Source: Nitrososphaeria archaeon (lineage in GTDB: Archaea; Thermoproteota; Nitrososphaeria; Geothermarchaeales; JDFR-13). From it: a stretch of DNA of 64,000 nt. A program made the position numbers and the translations under genes. Of this stretch, positions 1 to 12,618 are shown one piece after another. Positions within the stretch are counted from its first letter, which is position 1; every line of letters begins with the position of its first letter. The DNA lies in assembly GCA_027078545.1 (NCBI GenBank), contig JALWXN010000001.1, positions 1 to 64,000 of the forward strand, read 5' to 3'. The notes under the pieces were generated by a model, which saw only the letters and a program-made list of their open reading frames with translations, was not told where the DNA came from and did no database searches.

Positions 1-44
1 TAATTTCCTTACCCCTGTTCTGTATTAGGTTGGGGGGGGGGGGG

Positions 45-593
45 CTAGATCCGTCCCGGGCCATATATCCTTCCCTGGCTACGGGCGTTGTATAGATATT
101 CGTAGACAACCTTGTGGGGCTTCCCCTTTATTAGGAGCTTTATAGCCTCGTCGGCTAGGTAGATGCCTTCGAAGGTTCCTATGATGGCTACGAAGTTCCT
201 GTATATCGATATCTGGGTCTCGGTCGTCTCCTCTATTATCCTCTTGGCTTTGCCCTTCTCCCCGATTATCCTACCCATTATGCGTTTCAGGTGGTTCTCA
301 CTCTTTTTCTTCATGTAGGTGTAGAGGTCGATCACGTGGAGGTTCATATCCCTGTCTAGTAGTGCGAAGGCCTTCTCCGGTGAGAAGCCTAGGTTTATAG
401 CCTTGATAATGTTGCTAGCGGTCATGACGTCGTCCAGGGTCTCCCCCCTTATCCTTATCACTCCCTGCCTTGTATCCACGTCTATCTCGGTCCTTGTTAA
501 TGCCTCTATCCTCTTCTTAACCTCTCCCCCCTTCCCGATGATGACTGCTACTCTCTCTGGGTTTATGGGTAGTCTCCACTCCACCATGGACAC
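45..593 (-). CDS. dim2: KH-domain pre-rRNA processing protein (Dim2/Pno1)
   Basis: Two KH GxxG motifs (IIGKGG, RIIGEKGK); conserved position after rio1. Confidence 0.9.
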   Translation of the reverse strand: MSMVEWRLPINPERVAVIIGKGGEVKKRIEALTRTEIDVDTRQGVIRIRGETLDDVMTASNIIKAINLGFSPEKAFALLDRDMNLHVIDLYTYMKKKSENHLKRIMGRIIGEKGKAKRIIEETTETQISIYRNFVAIIGTFEGIYLADEAIKLLIKGKPHKVVYEYLYNARSQGRIYGPGRI

Positions 594-1379
594 CTACCCA
601 TTAATAATAAAGTCCAGTACCGTCTCTAGATCCGGGGTTTCCACCCCTCTAGATCTGAAGAATTCTAATATGTTCTGTATATCTCTTGCTAGGAATGCCT
701 CTGCGTTGGGATGGCTCTTCACCACTGCCTGTCCAAAGTCGAAGATTATCGGCTTCCTCTTGTAGTAGAAGATGTTGTACTCGCTTAGATCCGCGTGTAT
801 CAGCTCCGCCTCGTCGTAGAGTATCTTTACCTGTCTGAGTATCTGGAGCATCATGTACTCTGTTACCCTTGGGAGCTCCTTCAATGTGGGTGCTGGTGTG
901 AAGTCCTTGCCTATGAACTCCATGACTATGATGTTCCTATAGTGTTTGATCGGTCTTGGGACGTATACGCCTGCTTCGTAGGCCCTCACAAGGTTTTTAT
1001 ACTCTTTGGATGCCCATGCGTTGATGAGTTTTAGTGGGCTTGTGTCTAGCCCCTCGAACCTGGGGTCTCCCAGTATGTATTTAAGCCTACCCCTCCTGAA
1101 CTCCGCTGTCCATGTTAGGAATATTTTTACGGCTAGGGCCTCGCCCTCGGGTGAGGTCGCTGCGTATACCCTGGCCTCCTTCCCACTGGAGACCACGCCT
1201 TTAAGCTCGTAGATCACTCCCCGGTTCATTAGGTGGTATAGGTTCATCAGTGTTGTCTGGTCGAATACCTCCTCTACTATCTCCCTCTCGTCGCTGTCCT
1301 TCTCCCTGAGCTGGTACTCCCTGACGAATTTCTGGAGACGCTCCTCTATCTTCTTCTCGATGTGGTCGTCGTACTCCAT
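594..1379 (-). CDS. rio1: RIO1 family serine protein kinase
   Basis: SSGKEARVY, LIHADLSEYNI, IFDFGQAV motifs; ATG at 1379 preferred because it avoids overlap with aIF-1A. Confidence 0.93.
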   Translation of the reverse strand: MEYDDHIEKKIEERLQKFVREYQLREKDSDEREIVEEVFDQTTLMNLYHLMNRGVIYELKGVVSSGKEARVYAATSPEGEALAVKIFLTWTAEFRRGRLKYILGDPRFEGLDTSPLKLINAWASKEYKNLVRAYEAGVYVPRPIKHYRNIIVMEFIGKDFTPAPTLKELPRVTEYMMLQILRQVKILYDEAELIHADLSEYNIFYYKRKPIIFDFGQAVVKSHPNAEAFLARDIQNILEFFRSRGVETPDLETVLDFIING

Positions 1380-1380
1380 C

Positions 1381-1695
1381 TTAGAGTAGCCACTCCGGTA
1401 GGTATCCATTCTGGATTAGCCACTGCTTCTGCGCATTTGTATACCTCCCTACTATGTCTCCCCTCGTATCGTTCTGGAAGCCCCAGAGCTCCACTATCAC
1501 CGCGTCGCCTACCCTTATCCAGACCCTCTTCCTAAGCTTCCCGGGTATTCTACATACCCTCTCCTTTCCATCTGCACATGCGACTAATACCCTGTCTGCA
1601 CCCAGTATCTTCTTTGCTATCCCGATAACCTGTCCCTCCCCTGGTAGGGGGGTGTCCTTCAACTCTTTTTCGGACATTATCCTCCTCTTTCCCAT
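1381..1695 (-). CDS. eif1a: Translation initiation factor aIF-1A
   Basis: CADGKERVCRIPGKLRKRVWIRVGD signature. Confidence 0.95.
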   Translation of the reverse strand: MGKRRIMSEKELKDTPLPGEGQVIGIAKKILGADRVLVACADGKERVCRIPGKLRKRVWIRVGDAVIVELWGFQNDTRGDIVGRYTNAQKQWLIQNGYLPEWLL

Positions 1696-1735
1696 CTCCT
1701 TCCACCCAATGTCTATATACTTGTTGGGGGGTTAG

Positions 1736-2023
1736 TTAAATCCTGACGTCGATGTAGATGGCTACGTCGACCCCGTTCTGCTTAGAGACTGCTTCGGGGT
1801 GGATATACTTCTCCCTGATACCGATCTCTATGCATCTCCTGCCGTAGAAGATGAGTGATACAGCGGTCCTCATGAGCTCGACGAGCTGCTCCTCATCCAC
1901 GACCATTGTATAGTCCTTATCCTTGAAGTGCTCCACCCCTGTGAGTATCTCCTCGTCATAGATGGTTATGAACCTTCCCAGCCTCGGGTTCTCCCTCAGG
2001 TCTATGTAGAACTGCTGCGGCAT
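1736..2023 (-). CDS. DUF424-like protein
   Basis: Size, C-terminal IHPEAV motif and the usual position between aIF-2beta and aIF-1A; start moved to ATG 2023. Confidence 0.6.
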   Translation of the reverse strand: MPQQFYIDLRENPRLGRFITIYDEEILTGVEHFKDKDYTMVVDEEQLVELMRTAVSLIFYGRRCIEIGIREKYIHPEAVSKQNGVDVAIYIDVRI

Positions 2024-2042
2024 CTCCTCATCCCCGGCCAGG

Positions 2043-2477
2043 CTACTTGATGGGTGGTGTGGGGCTCTCGGCTCCACATATCTCGCATTTCATTACTAGG
2101 GTCTTGCCCACCTTCCTCAGAGTCGTGTCATATCCCCCACATACTGGGCAGCGGACGTATCTCTTGATGAAGTAGTTCACCGTGTTCTGTATGGTCTGTG
2201 TATCGACCCTGGTGTGTAGTATGAGCCTCCCGTCGGAGGGGCTTGAGGGTGCTGCTAGCTCGAGGCTTAGGAACTTCCTGAGTAGGTTTGGGTCTCTATT
2301 GAGGTATTCGGCCACCTCCTTGAAGTTGAGGAATACCGTCTTGTTCTTACCCAGGTATGTAATCTTTACGGGTGGTGGGTTAAACCTGGCCTCCGCCTGT
2401 TTATACCCCGTCTCGGGGATGATCTTGTATGCCTCCTCAAGCATCTTCATATATGCCTCCCTACTCCTCAGGTCCAT
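2043..2477 (-). CDS. eif2b: Translation initiation factor aIF-2 beta
   Basis: NFKEVAEYLNRDP plus C-terminal zinc finger CPVCG...CEICGA. Confidence 0.93.
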   Translation of the reverse strand: MDLRSREAYMKMLEEAYKIIPETGYKQAEARFNPPPVKITYLGKNKTVFLNFKEVAEYLNRDPNLLRKFLSLELAAPSSPSDGRLILHTRVDTQTIQNTVNYFIKRYVRCPVCGGYDTTLRKVGKTLVMKCEICGAESPTPPIK

Positions 2478-2535
2478 GCCTCTCACTCCTCGCTTGAATA
2501 TAACATGTATATGATTCTTTTTAACGGTGTCCTAG

Positions 2536-3315
2536 GTGGCTGTGGTGGGCCTAGTAGGGGGGACAGGGCTTGAGAGGATCTTCTCCGGTGTTGAGGGGGG
2601 GAGCTATAGGGCTGGGGACCTGGAGATCAGGTTTGCAAGGGGCTCTATAGGAGGGGTTGATGTTGTCTTTATACCTAGGCATGGCTGGGGCCATGAGTAT
2701 CCGCCGCACCGGGTACCCTATGAGGCGTATATCCATATGTTTAGGTCTATGGGTGTGGATAGGGTCGTTGGTCTGAGTGCTGTGGGTAGTCTTAGGCCTG
2801 ATATTGGGCCTGGGTCTATCGTTATCCCGAGCCAGTTGATAGACTACTCGCTCCATGGACGTACGCTGTATGATTCACGTGTATATCATGCCGACTTCAC
2901 CAGGCCCTACTGCCCCCAGCTGGTCGGGCTGGTTGCTAAGGAGTCTGCCCGTAGGGGAGTCGATGCTGGGGCCTACTATACCTATGTATCGACATATGGC
3001 CCACGCTTCGAGACTGCGGCTGAGATATCTATGCTCCGTAGAGCTGGGGGTGATGTGGTTGGGATGACTAGTGTGCCTGAGTCGGTCCTCGCTAGGGAGG
3101 CTGGGATACATTACCTATTGATATGTGTGGTGTCGAACTATGCGGCGGGTATGCAGGAGAGAGTTACTGAGGAGGAGGTGTATCGGGTGATATCTAGGGC
3201 TAGGGAGCGTATTGAGGATATGCTCCGATGGGTATTACCACTGGTTGGGGAGGCTGACCTATCCGACTCCTGCTCCCTTCCATATGAGGCGTATAGAGAG
3301 GTGTATGGTGTATGA
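2536..3315 (+). CDS. MTAP/PNP-II family phosphorylase, probably 5'-methylthioinosine phosphorylase
   Basis: GLVGGTG, PRHG, GPRFETAAE, VGMT motifs; SNYAAG (Asn) specificity loop. Confidence 0.85.
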   Translation: MAVVGLVGGTGLERIFSGVEGGSYRAGDLEIRFARGSIGGVDVVFIPRHGWGHEYPPHRVPYEAYIHMFRSMGVDRVVGLSAVGSLRPDIGPGSIVIPSQLIDYSLHGRTLYDSRVYHADFTRPYCPQLVGLVAKESARRGVDAGAYYTYVSTYGPRFETAAEISMLRRAGGDVVGMTSVPESVLAREAGIHYLLICVVSNYAAGMQERVTEEEVYRVISRARERIEDMLRWVLPLVGEADLSDSCSLPYEAYREVYGV

Positions 3316-4642
3316 TCGTTAGGGGTAGGTGGGTGGTTAAGAATTATCGTGAGGTTGTGGAGGATGGTGCTGTGCTGGTTGAGGATGGAAGGATCGTGGC
3401 TGTCGGTCCCTATGAGGAGGTTGTTAGGGAGGCTGGTAGGGGTCATGACGTCGTGGGCGATAGGAATAAGCTGGTGATGCCTGGGATAGTCAATTCCCAT
3501 ACCCACATCTCGATGACCCTCCTCCGCGGCTATGCTGACGACCTCCTCCTCCAGGAGTGGCTGGAGAAGCATATATGGCCCTATGAGAGGCTGATGAAGC
3601 CTAGTGACTATGAGCTGGGCGCCCTCCTAGGCGTCGCTGAGAGCCTGGCGTCGGGTGTGACCAATGTCTGTACCATGTATCACTACCATCCCGAGAGGAG
3701 TGAGGCCACCGCCCTCCTCAAGACTGGGATGAGGGGGACGGTGGGTATAGCTATCTTCTCCTGGGATAGGGAGGGGACGCTGAAGAACTTTGTAGACGCT
3801 GTTAGGAGGTTCCATGGGAGGGAGGGGCGTATAAGGATAGCCTCCTCACCACATGCACCCTATACTGTGGATCCTGAGCTATGGAGGGAGTCTGAGACGC
3901 TTAGACGGGAGTATGAGGAGAGGTATGGGGATGGTGGGCCGATCATACTTGCTACGCATCTAGCCGAGGATTGGCGGGAGCCGGAGATGGTTAGGGAGCG
4001 CTTCGGGGTGGAGGTCCCGGATGGCAGTATAGTTAAGTATCTCGATGGCCTCGGGGTTATACATGAGGAGTTCCTTGGGGCCCATGGCATACATCTTAAC
4101 GATCTCGACATAGAGATCCTGGCTAGGAGGGGTGCCAAGATAGCCCATAACCCGGTGGCCAATATGAAGCTTGGGATGGGATATGCAGATACTCCTAGGC
4201 TTCTCGAGGCCGGGATCACGGTGGGCCTAGGTACTGATGGGCCAGCCTCGAATAACACGTTGGATATGGTGGAGACTATGAAGTTCGCCGCCTTGATAAA
4301 CAAGCCTCTGAAGAGGGATCCTAGGGTCACCCCTGCCCGGACGGTCTTCCGCATGGCTACGGAGTATGGTGCTAAGTGTCTGGGCTATGAGGATCTGGGT
4401 GTTATCGAGGAGGGTTATAGGGCGGATCTGGTAGTGGTTGATATGGATAGGCCTCATCTAACCCCGGTCTATGACGTTTATAGCCACATTGTATATGCGA
4501 TGAGGTCTTCAGACGTCTACGCCACGATCGTTGATGGGAGGATACTCTACGAGGATGGTGAATATACCACTATCGATATAGATGATGTGATGGATAGGGT
4601 TAGGAAGAGGAGTATGGAGCTATATGAGGAGGTGAGGGGTGG

Positions 4643-4646
<4 letters not shown>
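3312..4646 (+). CDS. mtaD: 5'-methylthioadenosine/S-adenosylhomocysteine deaminase (amidohydrolase)
   Basis: NSHTH, PHAPYT, HLAE, GTDGPASNN motifs; operon context. Confidence 0.88.
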
Positions 4647-8076
<3,430 letters not shown>

Positions 8077-8103
8077 TCACCAGTATTCCTGACTATCCAG
8101 GAT

Positions 8104-8120
8104 CTTTATAAAGTTTAAAA
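8104..8120 (-). promoter_or_regulatory. Probable TATA box/BRE of cdc48
   Basis: Minus strand TTTTAAACTTTATAAAG about 35 nt upstream of the ATG. Confidence 0.5.
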
Positions 8121-8232
8121 CGAGATTTTTGCATTATCCGCTTTACAAAATGTCTGGAAAAGAGATTTTTGAGAAAACGGGAATCCTAATAAAGCTGGTA
8201 AACGAGATATACCGGGCCAGCTCCCTAAGTAT

Positions 8233-8745
8233 ATGGATATGGAGGAGGTCTTCAGGGGTAGGAGGTTCCGTGTTCTAAGCGGGGAGGTGCGGCTCCCCTT
8301 GGGTAAGACTGTTAGGAGGGATGTGGTGGATTTCGGCGAGTCTGTGGTTATACTCCCCCTGCTAGGTGACAAGATAATACTGCTGAGGCAGTACCGTGTA
8401 GCGGTGGGTGACTGGCTATACGAGCTACCGGCAGGGGTTGTTGAGGAGGGTGAGGATCCCGGTGAGACTGCCAGGAGAGAGCTGGTTGAGGAGACTGGCT
8501 ACGAGGCTGGGAAGCTCGTTAAGCTCTTCAGCATGTACCTCTCACCGGGATATAGTAATGAGTTTATGCATGCATACCTTGCCACCGACCTGAATTACGT
8601 GGGGGCCAGGCCGGAGTATGGAGAGGAGATAAGGGTGGAGGTCTATGCCCTAGAGAAGGTTCTGGAGCTTATTAGGAGTGGCGGGGTGAATGATGCCAAA
8701 ACTATAGCAACTATACTCTTCTATACACAGTTTATCAAGGATTAG
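8233..8745 (+). CDS. NUDIX hydrolase (ADP-ribose pyrophosphatase-like)
   Basis: Nudix box ELPAGVVEEGEDPGETARRELVEETG; SPGY. Confidence 0.92.
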   Translation: MDMEEVFRGRRFRVLSGEVRLPLGKTVRRDVVDFGESVVILPLLGDKIILLRQYRVAVGDWLYELPAGVVEEGEDPGETARRELVEETGYEAGKLVKLFSMYLSPGYSNEFMHAYLATDLNYVGARPEYGEEIRVEVYALEKVLELIRSGGVNDAKTIATILFYTQFIKD

Positions 8746-8774
8746 GGATTGGTGTCTTTCTGTAAAAAGGGTGG

Positions 8775-9062
8775 TTATTTCTTTAGCATCTCTATGAAGT
8801 CGTCCACCTTTATGGCTGGCATTGTCTCTGTCCTGATTGTCCCCCTGCTGTTTAGCTCCAGCATTGCCTTCATTACCGTCTCTATGTCGGGCGCCTCGAC
8901 TATGTTTACGAAGTCGTACTCACCTAGGACTACGTACTGCTCTATTACCTTGACACCCATCTCTTCGAGCTCCTGGTTCACCTCCCTGATCCTCTCCGGC
9001 TTAATCTTCACCGTCTTGCTTCCCTCGTCCGTGAGCTTTGAAAGTACTATGAATAGCGCCAT
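8775..9062 (-). CDS. GYD-domain protein
   Basis: LGEYDFV and IRTETMPA motifs; 95 aa. Confidence 0.85.
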   Translation of the reverse strand: MALFIVLSKLTDEGSKTVKIKPERIREVNQELEEMGVKVIEQYVVLGEYDFVNIVEAPDIETVMKAMLELNSRGTIRTETMPAIKVDDFIEMLKK

Positions 9063-9219
9063 GGTGTTTCACCAGTGCTAATTATTCCAGGATCTATATG
9101 TATAAGGGACGTCCTCTCTACTCCATGGCTTTAGGTATTTGTATAAGGGTGTCCGGGGCCTTATCAACGGGGAAAATATTTTAACTATGTATGGGGAAGG
9201 GGTTTCATAGGAGGGGTAT

Positions 9220-9308
9220 GCGGGGGTTCCCCTAGCCTGGCCAACGGGGCGCGGCTTAGGACCGCGTGGCGTAGGCCTTCGTGGGTTCAAATCCCACCCC
9301 CCGCACCA
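9220..9308 (+). tRNA. tRNA-Leu(TAG), intron-less, CCA encoded
   Basis: Acceptor GCGGGGG/CCCCCGC, anticodon stem CGCGG/CCGCG with loop CTTAGGA, long variable arm, T-arm GTGGG-TTCAAAT-CCCAC, ACCA end; AT-rich TATA-like element near 9173-9184. Confidence 0.96.
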
Positions 9309-9321
9309 CCGTCCTTAGTGG

Positions 9322-10056
9322 GTGTCGGCCTTGATAGGTATAGTCCTGGCGTCTGGATATGGTAGTAGGCTGGCTGGGTTGGGTGGTCCTCCTAAATACT
9401 TCTTGGATGTTGCTGGGCGTCCACTCATATCCTATCCACTGGGGGCTCTCCGTATCGCTGGGGCTGATCCCATCTATATCGTTGTGAATAGGTATACATG
9501 TGGATATCTCTGGAGGTATTGGGAGGCGCTGGGTAGGCCGGGGATCATCCTGAATCCTAGGCCTGAGCTTGAGAATGGCTATACACTGGTTATGGCCCTC
9601 TCTAGGCTGTGGGACGGCTCAGCACTGGTCTCTGTCAGTGACCATATCTATCCCCCATATGTAGCCTCCAGGGTGGTTAGCTGTATTGATGGCTACGACT
9701 TTGTCATAGCTGGTGATGAGAGTCCCAGGTATGTCGATGTTGGGGAGGCTACTATGATAAGGGTTGATGATGAGGGCTATGTGGAGAGGGTGGGGAAGGG
9801 GCTGGATCGTTACGACTATATTGACATGGGTGTCTTCGCCTTCTCCCTAGATACTATAAGGTTTATCAAGGGTATTCCTCCCCAGAGACTGAGTCTTAGC
9901 CAGTTGATCAACATGCTGATTGATGAGGGCTTTAGAGGGGGTGTATGTAGCTTCGAGGGTGTACCGTGGAAGGATGTGGATACTCCGGAGGATTACCTAG
10001 CCCTGAGGTCTGGAGCTTATAACGAGGTTCTTAGGGAGGTGTTTGGGGATGGGTAG
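9322..10056 (+). CDS. ipct: CTP:inositol-1-phosphate cytidylyltransferase-like NTP transferase
   Basis: LASGYGSRL, PELENGYT, SDHIY, EATM, WKDVDTPED; overlaps a DIPPS-like gene. Confidence 0.8.
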   Translation: MSALIGIVLASGYGSRLAGLGGPPKYFLDVAGRPLISYPLGALRIAGADPIYIVVNRYTCGYLWRYWEALGRPGIILNPRPELENGYTLVMALSRLWDGSALVSVSDHIYPPYVASRVVSCIDGYDFVIAGDESPRYVDVGEATMIRVDDEGYVERVGKGLDRYDYIDMGVFAFSLDTIRFIKGIPPQRLSLSQLINMLIDEGFRGGVCSFEGVPWKDVDTPEDYLALRSGAYNEVLREVFGDG

Positions 10057-10693
10057 GCCTGTTCTGGGGAAGCCTACGGATGGGCCTGTGTCGAAATATA
10101 TTAATAGGAGGATCAGCGGCCTGATCACTAGGCTTATACTATCCACTGGTAGGGAGGTCTCCCCATCCTATGCTAGCCTGGTGTCCTTCCTCACTGGTCT
10201 CTTGGCATCTATACTGGTGGCTGGTGGCGACCCCCTCCTAGGGGGTGTGTTGATACAGCTCTCCTCTATACTTGATGGTGTGGATGGGGAGTTGGCTAGG
10301 GCGTTGGGTAGGACTAGTAGGAGGGGTGGCTTCATAGACTCGCTGCTCGACAGGGTCGTGAACATATCCATGTATCTAGCCATTGGGATGTATCTATCCA
10401 GCCGTATGGACCCTGATCTGGTCGTCGCCTTGGTCGTGGCGGGTCTATCTGGGGATATGATGGTCACCTATCTCCACTCCCTCTCCCAGAAGGAGGCTGG
10501 TAGGCATGCTGCCCTGATAGGTAGGGTGCCGCAGATAGCCTCTAGGGATGTGCGGCTTTTCATACTCTTCCTCTCACTTGTTTCTGAGCCGTTCTACCAG
10601 GGCTCGACCGCTATTGGGCTGGGGGTTGTGGCCATGCTGAGCTATATATATGTCCTGTTGAAGTCGGTGGAGGTTGCCAGGGTTCTTGACTAG
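10049..10693 (+). CDS. dipps: CDP-alcohol phosphotransferase (di-myo-inositol-phosphate-phosphate synthase)
   Basis: KPTDGPVSKYINRRIS N-terminus; DGVDGELAR..G..DSLLDR motif; SRDVR. Confidence 0.82.
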   Translation: MGRPVLGKPTDGPVSKYINRRISGLITRLILSTGREVSPSYASLVSFLTGLLASILVAGGDPLLGGVLIQLSSILDGVDGELARALGRTSRRGGFIDSLLDRVVNISMYLAIGMYLSSRMDPDLVVALVVAGLSGDMMVTYLHSLSQKEAGRHAALIGRVPQIASRDVRLFILFLSLVSEPFYQGSTAIGLGVVAMLSYIYVLLKSVEVARVLD

Positions 10694-10697
10694 ATGT

Positions 10698-11357
10698 TTA
10701 TGGATTCTCCATGGCCTCCTCCATCTTTTCCCTTATCCGTTTGGCCGCCTGGGCTGGGTCTGCCGCCCTCGTTATCCCTCCCCCAACTATGATCAGGTCT
10801 ATCTCTACCCCGCTATCCCTGAGTAGTCTGGGTATGTTTTCGTGGTTTAGCCCTCCTGCCACCCCGATCCTCAGCTCCCTGGGTAGGCTCCCCATCTCAC
10901 GTATTAGGGTTAGGGGTGTTATCCCTGCTTCCTGCATATCTATACCGCTGTGGATTAGTAGGTAGTTGGGGAGTAGCCCCCTATCGATGAGCTTCCTCCT
11001 CACTATGTCCGTCTCCTCTATACCTATTGTATCTACCATTGAGCCCCTCCCCCACCTCTTCGCCGTCTCGATGACCTCCTCTATCGTCTTTGGATGGGCG
11101 GCTAGGAGTACGGTTACATAGTCTGCCCCGTGTTTAAAGGCCATCTCAGCCTCTAGCCTACCAGTATCCATCGTCTTTAGGTCTGCCACTACCGGCTTGC
11201 CAACCTCGTCCACGAGTCTCTCGACGGCCTTCATGCCGTGCATCTTGATGAGGGGTGTCCCGGCCTCGATGAGGTCTACATAGTCCGCTACTTTTAGGGC
11301 TATATCGATGGCCTTCTCCAGGTCTAGTAGGTCTAGGGCTACTTGGAGCCTTGGCAT
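10698..11357 (-). CDS. hps: 3-hexulose-6-phosphate synthase (OMP decarboxylase/HUMPS family)
   Basis: LQVALD, EAGTPLIK, ADLKTMDTG, HSGIDMQ, VAGG. Confidence 0.88.
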   Translation of the reverse strand: MPRLQVALDLLDLEKAIDIALKVADYVDLIEAGTPLIKMHGMKAVERLVDEVGKPVVADLKTMDTGRLEAEMAFKHGADYVTVLLAAHPKTIEEVIETAKRWGRGSMVDTIGIEETDIVRRKLIDRGLLPNYLLIHSGIDMQEAGITPLTLIREMGSLPRELRIGVAGGLNHENIPRLLRDSGVEIDLIIVGGGITRAADPAQAAKRIREKMEEAMENP

Positions 11358-11797
11358 ATCTCTCCCTCTAGTCTACTTATCTTGTCTATCCTCCGTTTAT
11401 GCCGTCCACCATCGAAGCCTGTGGATAGCCAGATCTCGACCCTTCTGAGTGCCTCCTCCTTGGTCATGGTCCTCCCTCCTAGGCATATTATGTTGGCGTT
11501 GTTATGCCTAGCTATCAACTCGGCTACCTCGTCTGAATAGGCTATGCCGGCCCTCACATTTGGATATTTATTCGCGACTATCGACATCCCTACGCCTGTT
11601 CCGCATATCAGGATCCCTCTCTCTAGGATTCCTCGTGAGACGTCGCTGGCCAGTCTTGATGCGTAGTCGGGATAGTCTACCGAGTCTTCGGAGTTTGTTC
11701 CATAGTCTACTACCTCGTACCCCCTCTCCTCCAGGGCCTTCTTGATATACTCCTTATGCCTATAACCCGCGTGGTCGGAGGCTATCCCAATCCTCAT
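11339..11797 (-). CDS. rpiB: Ribose-5-phosphate isomerase B
   Basis: SDHAG, DYPD, CGTGVGMSIVANK, HNNAN, GGRHKRR. Confidence 0.95.
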   Translation of the reverse strand: MRIGIASDHAGYRHKEYIKKALEERGYEVVDYGTNSEDSVDYPDYASRLASDVSRGILERGILICGTGVGMSIVANKYPNVRAGIAYSDEVAELIARHNNANIICLGGRTMTKEEALRRVEIWLSTGFDGGRHKRRIDKISRLEGEICQGSK

Positions 11798-11849
11798 CTC
11801 TATGCACATCTATATATGGTCTCCCATGGGTTTTAACCCGGGTCCATGG

Positions 11850-12428
11850 CTACTCGATATATTCCAGGGGTTCCACGCCGGCCTTCCTGAGCATGGTGAT
11901 CATCTTGGCTAGTGGTATACCGACTACTGTGTAGTAGTCGCCCTCTATCCTCTCTACGAAGAGTGAGGCCAGCCCCTGTATCCTGTATCCCCCGGCGTAT
12001 CTCCAGTACTCCTCCCTCTCTACGTGCCACTCTATCTCTCTCTTCTCAAGCTCCCTGAACCATACACGGGCCTCTCCATAGTCTGTCTCTATCTCCTCAC
12101 CTGTGTGTAGGGCTATCCCTGTATAGACGCAGTGCCCCCTGCCGGAGAGCTTCTCCAGCATTGATATGGCCTCGTCCCTGCTTTTGGGCTTCCCCAGTAT
12201 CTCGCCGTCGATGTAGACTACTGTGTCGAAGGTGAGTATGTATCCATCGACTATCTTGGCGGCCTCCTTCGACTTTAGGATGCTGTTCATGAGGACTGTC
12301 TCTATAGGGTCTTTAAGTACCGTCTCGGGGGTGTCTATACCTAGGTATTCAAACCTGAACCCCAGCCTCTCGAGGGCCTCCCTCCTCCCGGGGGACTTTG
12401 TGACTACGTAGATTGTGGGCCTCCCCAT
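11850..12428 (-). CDS. maf: Maf-family nucleoside triphosphate pyrophosphatase
   Basis: SPGRREAL, DTVV, ILGKP, AGGYRIQG, VVGIP. Confidence 0.9.
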   Translation of the reverse strand: MGRPTIYVVTKSPGRREALERLGFRFEYLGIDTPETVLKDPIETVLMNSILKSKEAAKIVDGYILTFDTVVYIDGEILGKPKSRDEAISMLEKLSGRGHCVYTGIALHTGEEIETDYGEARVWFRELEKREIEWHVEREEYWRYAGGYRIQGLASLFVERIEGDYYTVVGIPLAKMITMLRKAGVEPLEYIE

Positions 12429-12479
12429 GTCATAGATATAGATGCCCAGCCAATCTGAATTTAAGATGGTATAGTTTAT

Positions 12480-12540
12480 GTGGATGATGAGGCTCGAAAG
12501 GTTTGAGCCCTTGGCGATGAAAGAAGATCGGTGCTGACAC
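12480..12540 (+). ncRNA. Box C/D methylation-guide sRNA
   Basis: Box C ATGATGA 12484-90, D' TTGA 12503-06, C' GCGATGA 12514-20, D CTGA 12534-37; 12-13 nt guides; GTG/CAC terminal stem; intergenic. Confidence 0.82.
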
Positions 12541-12549
12541 CCATGGCTC

Positions 12550-12569
12550 TTTGCAAAAATTTTTGCAAA
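12550..12569. promoter_or_regulatory. Perfect 20-bp palindrome TTTGCAAAAATTTTTGCAAA (operator or terminator)
   Basis: Self-reverse-complementary; lies between the sRNA 3' end and a TATA-like CTTATAAG near 12588. Confidence 0.6.
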
Positions 12570-12618
12570 TTGAAGGGGCCGTGTTCCTTATAAGGGGTTT
12601 CCGCACCCGCTTGGGCGG

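Noticed and set aside
32-44. G13 homopolymer just after the dim2 stop codon
   Set aside because: Non-coding and on the 3' side of the gene; probably part of a pyrimidine-rich terminator or a homopolymer length artefact, with no evidence of phase variation
9078-9290. 70-aa minus-strand ORF
   Set aside because: Overlaps tRNA-Leu antisense; spurious
9220-9308. tRNA as an integration site for an island
   Set aside because: No integrase, no duplicated tRNA fragment noticed, and the flanking genes have host-like composition
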